A stretch of 64,000 nucleotides of DNA from Neoconidiobolus thromboides FSU 785. Lineage: Eukaryota; Fungi; Entomophthoromycota. Positions 1-15,539 of this stretch are shown piece by piece. Both the position numbers and the translations under genes were made by a program. The notes beneath the pieces are model-generated. The model was not told where the DNA came from and made no database searches. It saw nothing but the letters and a program-made list of their open reading frames with translations. Numbering within the stretch: the stretch's first letter is position 1; each line of letters opens with the position of its first letter. The stretch covers positions 248,001 to 312,000 of the forward strand of contig MU626261.1 of assembly GCA_025603075.1 (NCBI GenBank), given 5' to 3'.

Positions 1-227
1 TCTCCATCTTTATAGGTACCAAAACCCCTTTAAATTGACATTTAGTTGAAATCATTACTTTTAAACTAAAACTACCTCATAAAAGTTAAGTCTGTAGTAA
101 TAACATCACCAGGAGTGACCACCTTACCATCTAAAATTTTCTTATCGGTGTTCTCTTTCTTTACTATTTCATCTTCTAAACTTATTTGCTTTGGTATATT
201 TTCTGGACTTAAGAATTTCAATGTCAT
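1..227 (-). CDS. RRP4: Exosome complex component Rrp4, 5' part (runs off the window start)
   Basis: ATG at 227. Exon 1 ends VVTPGDVITTDLTFMR; a 48-nt GT-AG intron (75..28) gives MR|GFGTY, matching the Rrp4 motif VxPGExIT...MRGHGTY. Confidence 0.85.
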
Positions 228-700
228 GTTTAATTTGAGTTGAAAATAATAAAAAAGGAAATACTTTTTTAACAGTAAATTTAAAAAAGTTTCAATAATA
301 AGATGATGTCCAATCAATTAATTTTATTAAGAAAATAAAAAGAATTCTGTAGTATTTTAATACTTCGTTTTATTATACAAGATAACAAAGAGTTTTATAA
401 AAAATGATATAGTCATTAAACAAGCTTTTGAAGAGAATAATTTTCTTTTATAACTACATAGAACAAAAATATACCTTAAATCAAAATCAAAATAGATTGT
501 TGAACTTTGTTAAATAGCAGTTGGTGCTTTATACTGTTCATTTTTTCAAGATAGTAAAAGTTGAACATTTCATTGGTTTAAATGATGGTCGCTTTGATAT
601 ATTTTTAATTCCAATGCACAATTTAAAAATTGCATAAACAAAATTGAACTTAAGTGGAAAGGAGGAAAAAAAGGGGATCATTTTTAACAGTTAAATAAAC

Positions 701-2994
701 ATGGGAAGTGAGGATGATAAAGTTAAAAGAACAGCAACTCAAGGCGGCAATAATGAGGTGATGTCAAATAAGCAATTTATGACTTCTTGTTCGATTAAAA
801 TACCTTGCACTAAGAAGTCGAAGGAATATCCATTAGCTAATAAAAAAACTCCTAAACATTTAACTCAATTTAATGCTCAATTTGAGGATGGGGATTATCA
901 ATTCACTGAATCAACTGAAAAAGGTACTTCAGGTTACAATTACTGCCTTAACGGAACTAAGGTAATTATTCCCTTATTTATAATTATACTTTACTAATTT
1001 ATTTTAGATGATCCCAAATTATAAAAAACGTATTGCTGAAGATTGCTTTTCAGCCAAAAGCTTTGAGTTATTTAATAACAATATACCATTTAAGAAATTA
1101 TGCTCTAATATTAATTTGGAAGTAGATTTTGTCAATCATGAAAATGAAATTCAAGCTGATACACTCGAAAACCTTGAACCAAATACTATATCAAGTTTTT
1201 CATTAAATGAAGAAGGATGTAGCGATGTTTTTGCTCCACCCTCTCCCTCTTTATCTATTTTGTCTAATCAAGAAAATAGCAAACCAGGTCCAACCGAAAC
1301 ACAAACAGACCCTGATTTTTTTGATTTATTTCCAAAAATCATCAATCAATTTGATGAACTATCACCGAAGCTTCAAATTTACTTTGTAAATCACTTATTA
1401 AGACGTATGAATCGCAAATCACTACAAGCTATTGCTTCACACTTGTTACCGAATTTGAAACAAGACTTTATAACCATATTTCCTCCAGAAATACTAACAA
1501 ATATATTTGGAAAACTGGATGCAAAATCTCTATGTAGTTCCTCTCAAGTAAGCAAAAGATGGAGCAATATCATTAAGAATGATGTGGCTTTATGGAAGAG
1601 AAGAGTTCAATCAGATGCTTTAGCTATTGAACCAGAACCAGTTTCACCTAGAGTATTAAATAAATGGGGACTTGGATATCAATCAGAATATGATCTACTT
1701 AACGAAGAGGAATATGTTTTAACCAAACTTGAGGTGAAAAGATTGATAACTAAGCATTCAAGGATAACACCGTTTTATAAAGAATTTGAGAGCAATAAAC
1801 CATGGATGTCACTTTATAAAGAACGCTATTCAACCATTAAAAACTGGAACAATGGCAAACCAGAGCATATTAGAATTCAAATAGAAAAAGTCCAAGTAAT
1901 AACTTGTCTTCAGTTTGATGAACATAAACTTGTAATAGGCTCCGAAACTTCCCCAGTTTTGGTCTATGATATTAATAGTGGGGATCTTTTACATGAACTT
2001 TGTGGGCATGAAGGAGGGGTATGGACCTTACAATTTGTTGGGAACACTTTAGTTACTGGGTCTACCGATCGAACTGTAAGAGTTTGGGATCTCAAAAATG
2101 GGATATGTTCACATGTTTTTGATGGACATACTAGTACTATTAGATGTTTACAAATTGTACTCCCAGTCGATGTTTATGAAAAGGATCAGTATAGAACTGT
2201 CAAAAGGCAAGAGCCAACTTGTCCTTTACTTGTAACTGGCTCGAGAGATTTTGATTTAAGGGTATGGCGCTTACCTTCTCCAGAATTGGATGAACATGAA
2301 GATTTTGAGCATGCTGATAAAGAAAATCCTTATTTATTACATGTACTTTCTGGACATAATGCTTCAGTAAGAGCATTGGCAGCTCATGGGAATTGCCTTG
2401 TTAGTGGGAGTTATGATAGCACCGTTAAAGTTTGGGATCTCAGTAGTGGTAAAGAGGTAAAACATTTAACTGGACATAACAACAAAGTATATAGTGTAGT
2501 ATTAGATCACCAAAATAAGCGATGTATTAGTGGAAGTTTAGATCATACTATACGTGTATGGGATATTGAAAGTGGAGCATGTCTTCATGTACTTAGTGGT
2601 AAGTCAATATTATATGATAAAGATCTATATTAAAAATAAATTAGATCATAATGGTTTAGTTGGACTCTTGCAATTATCACCACATTATTTAGTTTCAGCT
2701 GGGGCCGATGCTGTAATTCGAGTTTGGGATCCAATTACATTTGAATGCCTTCATTCTTTCAAAGGTCATCAAGCAGCCATTATGTCAATAAGTGTCAATG
2801 GATCTAGAATTGTTTCTGGATCGGATGGAGGAATTAAGCTTTGGGATACAAAAACAGGGAAATTTGTTAGAAATTTAGTTGAAGAAGTTAATGGGGTATG
2901 GCAAATTAAGTCGAATCAATCCCATTGTGTTGCAGCAGTGAGTACAGATAATTCCACTTGGCTTGAGATTATGAATTTTACAAGTCGAGGATGA
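701..2994 (+). CDS. CDC4: F-box/WD40 protein, Cdc4/FBXW7 family
   Basis: F-box DFITIFPPEILTNIFGKLD...SQVSKRW followed by WD40 repeats (GHEGGVWTL, TGSTDRTVRVWD, GHTSTIRCL, SGSYDSTVKVWD). Introns near 962-1007 and 2599-2644 join the track ORFs. Confidence 0.85.
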
Positions 2995-3523
2995 CAAATT
3001 TAAGATTACTTTTTAAATTATACCCCTATCTTTAATAAACTATTTACTTATTTAATTTTACTTTATATTCAATAATTTCGTTATGGAATTTTTATTATGT
3101 TTTTTTAAATTTGTTATAAAATATTTAAAATAATTTTATAGATTTAGTTTTAAAAAGATATTAATCTAAATCCTACATTCTTAAAGATTCTCTAATGTTT
3201 TATCTATTATAAATTATTTTGGGTCAACCTAGATTTCAAACCCTTCTTATTTGAAATATAAAGAATTACTTATAAAATTCTAAGTTATGATTTTTATTAA
3301 ATTTAAATAAAAGATAAAGAAAGTTCCATAATAATAAAAATAAAAGTTTACTAATAATAGAATAAACCAATTTAACAAGATCTTAAATGTAAAAGCACTG
3401 CTTAAAACGATAACGGATATAAAAATATGAAATATTCGATTCAATTCAAATTAAATAAAGAAATACAATTATAATTATTTAAAAATAGATGAATGGTAAA
3501 ATGAAAATGTTTACAAAAAATAG

Positions 3524-6051
3524 TTAAGAATGAAGTGAAAAAGAAGTAGATTTAGATCTTCTTTGTTCTTGTCTCGCAGCTGATACTGCAAACGAAGCTT
3601 GTCTAGATGTATGTTGTTGAATTAAACATGGTTCACAATAAGGTTGTTGTGATACTTCTCCAAATGGTGTACTTGGTGTAATTACTATTTTACATCCAGT
3701 ACATCTAAAACACTGTACAAATAAAAGAATTAATCAATTAATTTATTTTTTAATAACTATTTTTATAAAAATTTGTTACCTCGGAATGAAAATTGGTGCC
3801 ATTGTTAGTAACAAATACACCTTCAATAAACTTATTACATTTGCCACACATGACTTGATCTTTTTTAGGTAAACACTAAATAATTATATGTTAAATACAA
3901 TCAAATCAATCAAGTCAAATTACACTTACCTCACGATGATATTCTTTCCCATCTTGAGAAATATAAGTACCTTGATCAAATTGTTTTTTACAACCAAAAC
4001 AAATAAAACATTTAGGATGATATTGACGACCATTGGTTAATGTAAAACATGGTCCAGTTATAATGGAACTACAGCAATCACATAAATCTTCTGGTTCTGC
4101 TGTAACATCAGACATTGGACTTAAGGTCATTTGTAACAAACACTATATTAAAAAATACGTTAATAAATTAGTAGATTGATTAAATGTTAATTTTGTTTTA
4201 TCTATGTTATTTACTTACTTCTGCATGATATTCTTCATCATTATAAACACTATATTTACCATCTTCAAATAACTTATTACATGATCTACAAGTAAAGCAT
4301 TCTTTATGTAAAATTCGTCCATCTAATAATCGAAACCAAGTATCAATTATAGATTGTTGACATTTATTACAATTTAATTTTTTATTGACTTCATTACTAA
4401 TTGATTCTTTTTCTACATTTAAGTTTTCTTTAACTATATTATTATTATTTGAAGGCTCAATTGGTACTTTTAATTTAGTTTCATTTATTTCTAAATTAAT
4501 ATTTTTTGTCCAATCTGAATTGTCTAATTTATCTAATTTATCTAATTTATCTAATTTTAAGTCATCGATTAAAGTATTCTTGTTATTTTTGTCATTAAAA
4601 TTAAATGAAATTGGACGTGTCTTATTAAGTGAAAATCGTTTACTTAAATCATTTGATTTAGTAATATTAATCATTGATTTTGGCTCATTAGTAGTATTAT
4701 CTTGTATATTGTTGTTATTGGGTAGCTGATTATTATTTCTAACAAACATAGAAGATCTTTTAGATAAGTTATTATCGTCAACATTAGCTAATGGAGATAT
4801 TTGCGATAAATTATTTGATATATTTGGTCCTTTAGATTGAACTGGTAAACTTGTTCTTTTTGATTTTGAATCTAAAGATAACATTGAAATTGGACGTCTT
4901 GAAAAAGTTGGACCTTTAAAATCTTTTCCTCTTCTACTAGCCATTAAATCAGCAAACGATAATCCACTAGAAGTTTCAGATACATTTCTTGGTCTACCGC
5001 GAATAGAAGTTGATGGTAAATTACTTTTATTTACTGATTGTTGTAAATTTTGAAATGTTTTTGAATAAGAAGGTGATACTAAATTAGAAACATCTTCTTT
5101 TTCTAAAGGTTTGGTTTCTAAATTTAACAATTTTAATGTATCTGATAAATTTTCGGTATTTTTTTCCAAATCTTTAACTGAAAAAGAATGTCTTGGTCGA
5201 TGTTTAATAAATAATGGGTTATCTTCTTTTGTTTCTTTGTTAATTTCTTTATGTTCTAAACTAACAACTTCTTGCTCTGGTGTATTAATTGAAGGAGAAG
5301 AATGAGTTGATGCTGTTAGTTTATCATAACAATCTTTACATTGTAATTTTCCATCCAGTTCAAAACCAGATCGATTCAATCGTATGGAACATGTTTCACA
5401 AATAAAACAAGCCTAAACAACCATAAGATTATATTAAATAAAGAATAAAATTAATTACTCGATGATAATGGTTGGAATTAAATTCAATAGTTAAAGCTGA
5501 TCCCAAATTTAACATTGATGAACATTTATTACTATTTTAACTAATTAATAAAATCAAGCTTTATGACTTTAAAATTACCATTTTCCCTCCCTTAGTCTAT
5601 TAACTGAGATTTCTTTAGTTTTAACTTCCTCTTTCTAAATTAAAAATTAATATTATACTAGCATAAAACTTTTAGCTTAATTAATACCTTAATAGAGCTA
5701 GCAATTGATAATGTATCCTGTTCCAATTTGTCCGAATTAAGTGAGCTATCAATACTTTGTTTTTTAGTTAATTTATTTAAGTTGGGTGCATATGTTTTAT
5801 TTTGTGGTTTATCCAAATATCTTTTTAAAAGATTTGTCATTATTATTATTATTAATGTATATATAATTAATATTTACGTTGCAGACCAAGCGTCTCTATT
5901 TGTTAATCCAGAAGCTGTAGCCGCTAAATAAATAATCCATTAATAAAAATAAAAAATAAATATTGGTTTCATTCTTACTTGATACTTTTCCTTTACATCT
6001 TGGACATCTAGGAGTATTCGCTAATTCACCACAACTGGTACAAAATCCCAT
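3524..6051 (-). CDS. Four-LIM-domain protein with N-terminal CxxC-x8-CxxC motif and long Asn/Ser-rich linker
   Basis: Spliced by eye: MGFCTSCGELANTPRCPRCKGK (ATG 6051); LIM1 CNKC..HYHRACFICETC..CKDC; LIM2 CNKC..LHKECFTCRSC; LIM3 CDCC..YHPKCFICFGC; LIM4 CGKC..FHSECFRCTGC..YCEPC; stop at 3524. Confidence 0.8.
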
Positions 6052-6944
6052 TTTTCTTTTTTCTTTTTAAAATGAAAATAATAAATAAAAAAACACAATA
6101 ATTTTAAAAATATTCCACTTGAAAATGGTTGAATTCGTTAGTTACCGGTTAAGCTAAGTTTCGATATTTTAATATTAAGATAGGATTTGATTGGCTCAAA
6201 AATTTAAAGTCTTCAAAAACTCCAGTGTTTATTTTAAGTTTATTATGTTTTTGTTGATTTAAATGGTTGAAAATTAGAACTATTAAGTATTTCAATTTTT
6301 AACTAAAAAATTATAAAGGACAATGATCGTTAAATTGATTATTTTATATTACCTTTAATATTATTATTATTGATAATAAAGTAAAATAAAATAAAATAAA
6401 TATAAAAATTTATAACGGAATAAAATTAGGTTATTGAATTATGATGTCATATTTTTTTAGTATAAATTAATTTCAAATTCAAGTACTCTGACTATTTCAC
6501 TATTTTAAGCTTGAAATTTATGATTTGAATAAATTTTCAAGTATATTTTTAGATTTTAAAATCTTAAAATAAATAATCTTATTTTTACAAATAGAAGCTT
6601 TTAAAGTTCTAGTTTACATTTGAGTATGCTTTTTTTTCAGTATTTTGTCCACTTTTTTATCTAGCTTAATTTGAAAAAACAGCTAAACTTAATAACTTTT
6701 TAAAAATTGTGGTAAATATTACTCATTTAACAAGTTACAATTCTAAAAATGATATTAAAATTCTAGATATCGGAATTATTTAAGCTTCGTTTCGTACTTT
6801 ATAATCAATAGAGTCAGTTTATTCATTTTAAAATTAAAGAATATAAAAGTTAGAGAAATAAAAAACTACTCATTAATACTATTTCTCTCCTAATTTAGCT
6901 TCTAAAAAGTATTAATAATCCACTTCAATTATCAAACTTATCTC

Positions 6945-9517
<2,573 letters not shown>

Positions 9518-9799
9518 AATTTTAATAAAGAATATATATTTTTATCAAACTAAAAGTTGGAATTAAATTTACGTACCACAGATATAAAATTTAAATCTAT
9601 AATATGTATTGGTGGTTTTTATAATCAATAATCTTATTATTACGCTAATTTGATGCTTAGCTTTCAAGTTTTTGTTCTTAAATAAGCTAAAAATTAGTGC
9701 ATATTTGGACTAAATTAATTATAAAGTGTAATTGGTTTAACCATTTGTCATTTTCAAGAAAATCAAAATTATTTTCGTCATCTTTTAAAAAAAATCCAA

Positions 9800-11013
9800 A
9801 TGAGTACTTTAAAATTAATAAGTTCCAATAAATGTTATGGTGGAGTAGTACAAAAATACTCCCATTACAGCGAAGCATGTAATTGTGAAATGAAGTTTTC
9901 TATATTTCAACCGTCAATTCAAGAAAACATTAAATATCCAGTAATATTATAATCATTTTATTAGTTTAATGGAGAACTGATATTAAATTTAGGGTTTATT
10001 TTATTTATCGGGATTAACTTGTACAGAGGATAACTTTATACAAAAATCAAATGCGATTCCAAGAGCTAGTCAATTAGGTTTATTTTTAGTTTGTCCAGAT
10101 ACTAGCCCAAGTAAGAAAATCATTATTAGCAATAATAAAATAGTTAATTTTTTAAATCATAGGAAATTGTAATATTGAAGGAGAAAATGATAGTTATGAT
10201 TTAGGAACTGGTAATTTGTTTTATTTGTATTCAATTAGTTAATTGACTGATAATTTACTAATAATATAGGTGCTGGTTTTTACGTTGATGCAACAGAAAG
10301 TAAATGGACCAAACATTATAATATGTACACATATATTACCAAAGAGTTAAGTGAGTTAATATTTAATAATTTTCCGATTGTAAGTATTTTTTTTATTGTT
10401 ATTTCAATGTTGAAAATATTAACAGAATACATAATTAGGATTCAGAAAGAGTATCTATATTTGGTCATTCGATGGTATTTTATTATTAAAATATGTTTTT
10501 TTGTTGAATTAAATATTGACAATTATTTTTATTAGGGAGGTCATGGTGCTCTTACTATTGCATTAAAAAATAAGAATCAATTCAAAAGTTGTTCAGCATT
10601 TGCACCTATTTGTAATCCGATTAATTGCAATTGGGGTAAAAAAGCATTGTCAAGTTATTTAGGTAATTAATAGCATATAATAACATATAATAATAATAAT
10701 GCTTTTATTTTACATAGGCAATGATGAAACCAAATGGATTGAATATGATACTTGTGAATTGCTAAAAAAACAAAGCAATATTCTGCCAATTCTTATTCAT
10801 CAAGGTGAAAGTGATGAGTTCTTAGAAAAGAAGGAATTGTTATTAGAGAATTTAGAAGTTATCGTTAACGAAAAGTTTCCTAATAATGAAGCTTCATCAA
10901 CTCCATTCATTATTCAAGTATGTGAAGGTTATGATCATTCCTATTGGTTTATTCAAACTTTTATTAATGAACATCTTAATTTTCATGCCAAATATTTAAA
11001 TATTAAAGTTTAA
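9800..11013 (+). CDS. ESD: S-formylglutathione hydrolase / esterase D
   Basis: [55 protein letters not shown], nucleophile motif GHSM|GGHGA across an intron, [17 protein letters not shown]. Confidence 0.93.
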
Positions 11014-11388
11014 ATAAAAAGATATCAATCTATATTTATAATGACATATGGGATTGTTGTATTTGACTAACTATAAACTATTATACTTTTGCAAACTCCT
11101 TTTAATATTAATTTTTTGTAGTTAATATAATAATAGTATTTGAAATATATTGATTTTTTGTAGTATATATTTTAATATCAATTATTTAGTGTGCATACGT
11201 ATTATATTTTAAAAATATTAGCAAATATTATTTGTAATTTTTCTAAAAATTGATTTCAATTTTACTAAATGGAATACAATTTTATATGAAATCAATATGA
11301 AATTTCTAGAATTCAATAGTTTATAAATTCATAAACCTTTATTTTCTGATCTCTTTTTAATCAACAAGTTTGTTTTTTATATAAAAAG

Positions 11389-13251
11389 ATGAAAGTGGAT
11401 ACTCAACAATTAGAATGTAATAGAAGCTTAATTAACATTAACTTTGAAGGTTATAAAAGTAAACAAATCAATTCTTTTGCAGTAGAACAACTGTTATTAC
11501 CCAAAATAAATAGAGATATTAAAGAAGGTTTGTTAAATTTAAATGATAAAGAGAAATTGTGGTATTTGACACAATATTACCAAATAGATGTAATTGGAAA
11601 TAAAATCAATTATAATGGAGAAGAGATTTTAATTTATTTAAGTTTAAATTGGACAATTAATTTAGTTAAAATCAAACAAGAAGAGATATTAGTGAAAGAA
11701 GTTATTACATTAAATGATTTCAATCAAGTAGGTATACCAAAATTAAAAGTACTACAATTTAATGAAGAGAATGGAACTGGATTATTACTATTTAATTTGA
11801 ATCAAATAGTTAATATTTTGAAATTAGATTTAAATAATGTGGATGCTACTATTGTGAGTTTAATACAATTCAATTTAAGTGATATGGATTCCAAATTGAC
11901 TAACAACATGTTGTTTTTATATGCCACTCAATTTAACAACAATAGTGTTAAACTTTTAATTAAATCAAGTAATTATAATGTTAACGATGATATTAATAAT
12001 GAAGAAGATAGAAGTGAAGGGAAGAATAAAAAGGATAAGAAATGTTTATTATTAGAATATAATTTTACATTAAATCAAAATGAGAATACAATTTTGAATT
12101 TTAATTTAAATAAGATATTTCAAGGTAAAGATAATCCTATACATTGTTATTATGAAGTAAAAGAAGAGGAATTAATTATATTAAGTAATAATGAATTTCA
12201 ATTAATTTATAATCAAGAAGGAATTAAAGCAATTGAAGAAACAGAAAGTCAACAGAATAAAAATATTGAAAATTCAACCAAATATTATTGGACACAAACA
12301 AATGAAGATATAACGATAACAATATTGTTAACGAATGAACAAATTCAATATTTAAAACAAAGTGATGAAATAAAAATTAAAAAAAATCAATTTTATTTAC
12401 CAATATTAAATTATAATAATATATCATGGTATGATAATATAATAGAAGAAGAAAGTTACTGGACAATACAAGATCAACAATTTTTAAATATTTATTTAGA
12501 AAAATCGAATTATAATACTCGATGGCCACATTTGTTTAATATTGATGATAACATATTAGAAATATTAGATCCAAATGAATTGTTTGAAATTAAACAAAAT
12601 TTATTAAAATACACTAATAATAATAAAAATGACATTAAATATAGGAATAATTTAAATTATTCATTTATGAATGAAATTGAAAAAGAAGATTTTGAAGGAA
12701 ATGAAGTTAATATTTTTAATTATAATAAACAAGGTAACTCAAATATTATAATTTAAATATTACAATTTGAATGTTGTAATAATATTAATAATTTTATTTT
12801 ATTAGGCCAACTCAATAAGATTTATTTATCAAATGGTAAATATTTACTTGGATTTAACATTAAAAAGAATTATGAAGAAAGAAAAAATATATTATTAAAA
12901 AATGATGTAGATGCATTAGTATTTGAATGGAATAATAATAATAATAATAATAATCAATTACAATTACAACATCAAAATACATTTAATGCCATTGGATATA
13001 TACAAAGTTCAAAACAAGATAAAAAAATTGTTTTATATTCAAATGACAAAAAGTGGTTATTTATTATTGAATTTAATACTTATTGTTATATTTATTATAA
13101 TGTTAATTTTGACAATCAAATATTACCTCAGTTTATTATTAAATTACCAGATACTTCCGATATTATTGGTATAAATTTAATTCAAGATCAATATCTTGTT
13201 TTAGTTACTATGGAATCGATATTTAAAATTGATTTGATAAAGTTATTATAA
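11389..13251 (+). CDS. NUDCD1: NudC domain-containing protein 1 (CS/p23-like domain)
   Basis: CS domain YYWTQTNEDITI..SYWTI..IYLEK..RWPHL. Second exon (after intron ~12735-12805) has KNDVDALVFEW and HQNTFNAIGYIQSSKQDKK, typical of the NUDCD1 C-terminus. Confidence 0.8.
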
Positions 13252-13303
13252 TAAATATAATAATTAGATATTACTATTTTATTTTTTTGTCTTATTATTT
13301 TGT

Positions 13304-14203
13304 TTATAATGAGTTGGATAAAAATGAAGTTATACTAGTTTGAGTAGGATCATAAGGTGAGCTAGCATTAATACTTCTTTTTAAGGGTAATTTATTATAA
13401 TGTTCCGTACAATTTCTTAATAATAATCGAAAAGGACCTTGTCCTAATTGAATTCTCCAAATACAAGTATTATCCGAACGGATACCAGATAAAGAAGCTC
13501 TTGAAGTAGCATCTGATTTTGAATAAGGATGATCAGCAATAGCTGGTATCAATTGATTAATAGTTAATCCATGACAAACAATTAGTATATGAGTCGGGTT
13601 ATCGGATAATGGTTGAATTTTATTATTAATTATGTTAGATAATATCAATTTCCATATAGATGAACATCTTAAATATAAATCTTGTTTGGATTCACCATTT
13701 GGAAATTTTAATTGAAATCTTTCTGCCCAAGACAAATTCATATCCCGCATTTTTTCAGTGATTTCTCGAACTTTAGGTAAATGAGGTTCCATACCATCAA
13801 TATCACCAAAATCTTGTTCTCTTAATTCTTTATGATAGTGAATATTATCGAAAACCTCTTGAGTTGAGATATTGAACTCATGTTCTTTTACAATAGCCTC
13901 ACAAGTTAATTTAGCTCGTTTTAAATCCGAACAAAAGATATGAGTAAACTATAGAACATTATTAATAATTCAACTATTTCGATAGAACATAAAAGTATTA
14001 ATTTCAAATACTTACTTTGTCATTTTTTAAATACTGTCCAGCTAATGTAGCTTGTAAATAGCCCCAATTAGTCAAATTACAATCATGATTTCCACTCCAT
14101 TTTTGTTTTAAATTATCAATGGATTCCCCACTTGAAAATTTTACATTAGTCAATGAAAAATATAGCTAAATAATACTTACTGTCTAACAATAGTAACTAA
14201 CAT
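13304..14203 (-). CDS. Histidine phosphatase / phosphoglycerate mutase-like protein (TIGAR-like)
   Basis: MLVTIVRH|GES split by an intron, LT..G..QA, IFCSDLKRAKLT, LREQDFG, GES, ILIVCHG. Confidence 0.85.
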
Positions 14204-14921
14204 TATGTTATAAGATTTCTAAACAATTGCTAAGAAAATAAAAAATATAAGAATTTATTTTTTCATTTGATTTTTTTTAAATTCTATTATTAGCCTAAAT
14301 CACGCGTGTATTTTAGTTGAATGAAGCTTTGATATTTTATTGGTTCAAAATATGAACTTGGTTTTTAACTGCGAATATTAATTTGAATTTTCAATAAAAA
14401 GGGTGACTTGATAAGTTTAAGACTTTTATCGAAAAGGTGACTGTTTATTTTATATGATTGAGTCAATTTACCATAATTTAAAAAGTCTTTGTAACTAGCT
14501 TCTATAAATCATTGAGAATAACACTTTTTTACTTATCGTTTAGAATGATTTAGCATAAATTTATTAAAGATCTTAAAACAATTAAAATTTTTAAATCTAA
14601 TTAAAATTTGTTTTAATCATTAGTAGTTTTACTAATGAAAATTATTGCTGTTACTATTTTGACATTTTGTTTTACTTTTAGAAGTTGTTTAAATAATGTT
14701 TTAGAGTTTTATTGATATTGCTTTATTTAATGAATTCAATTGTTAGCCTATATTGCCAGTACAATGATTAATACTCTATTAGAAATAATATTAATACTTT
14801 GTAATAAAATTGTAGCTTTATTTTAAATAGTATTAGTGTTATTAACACAAGCAAAAATAATATAAAGAAAAGTGTAGTTATGGTCTTTTTATTATAGTGC
14901 CTTTATTAACATTTCATTATT

Positions 14922-15019
14922 GGGGATGTATTTTTTTTGTTTAAGACTTTTACTAGTAGTTTTTCCACTCAAATAGCGCTTAAAAGAGAAAAGATAATGA
15001 AGCCAAAAAAAATATCACC
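14922..15019 (+). mobile_element. ~98-bp MITE copy a
   Basis: GGGGATGTATTTT..CCACTCAAATAGCGCTTAAAA..ATGAAGCCAAAAAAAATATCACC; ATTATT lies on both sides. Confidence 0.85.
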
Positions 15020-15059
15020 ATTATTAACTTAAATTTATCTATTTTTATCAATTCTATAT

Positions 15060-15157
15060 GGGGTGTTTTTTTGGCTTTATTGTTTTTTCCATCTTTTAAG
15101 CACTATTTGAGTGAAAAAATTGTTAATAAATTCTTTAAATACAAAAAATACATCCCC
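15060..15157 (-). mobile_element. MITE copy b (inverted relative to copy a, 40 bp away)
   Basis: GGGGTGTTTTTTTGG..TTAAGCACTATTTGAGTG..AAAATACATCCCC; flanks ATAT/ATAC. Confidence 0.85.
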
Positions 15158-15360
15158 ATACATTCCATTTCAATTAAAATTTATAAAGTATGATTTTAAA
15201 TAGTATCATTATGAACACTATTAAAATTAAAATAAATTGTTAAATCATTAATCAAAAGAATAGTCGTTCTTTAAAAAATATTACAGTAAATTAATAACAA
15301 TTATACAATTAATAAAAATATTGATTTGAATATGTTCAATTAAAAGAGAATTCAATATAT

Positions 15361-15458
15361 GGGGATGCATTTTCGTATTTAAGGAATTTACTAACAATTT
15401 TTCCACTTAAATAGCGCTTAAAAAATGAAAAAAGTGATGAAACCAAAAAAACACACTT
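15361..15458 (+). mobile_element. MITE copy c
   Basis: GGGGATGCATTTT..CCACTTAAATAGCGCTTAAAA..ATGAAACCAAAAAAACACAC; flanks ATAT/ATAT. Confidence 0.85.
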
Positions 15459-15539
15459 ATATATATGAGTTTAATAATTAATAAAATTTACACTTAGCGA
15501 TATAAAAAAATTGTTAATATAAATAAATATGTAACTTAA

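Noticed and set aside
4521-4560. 9-bp tandem repeat TCTAATTTA x4
   Set aside because: Coding low-complexity (DKL)n tract inside the LIM linker; not an independent element.
4385-5931. Plus-strand ORFs 4385-4729, 5111-5305 and 5728-5931
   Set aside because: Antisense shadows of the LIM gene with no recognisable motifs.
14301-14308. CACGCGTG (MCB-like ACGCGT) about 100 bp upstream of the histidine-phosphatase ATG
   Set aside because: A single short motif with no supporting cluster or conservation data.
14635-14715. Signal-peptide-like micro-ORF MKIIAVTILTFCFTFRSCLNNVLEFY
   Set aside because: Only 26 codons; hydrophobic residues are expected from T-rich DNA, and it has no continuation.
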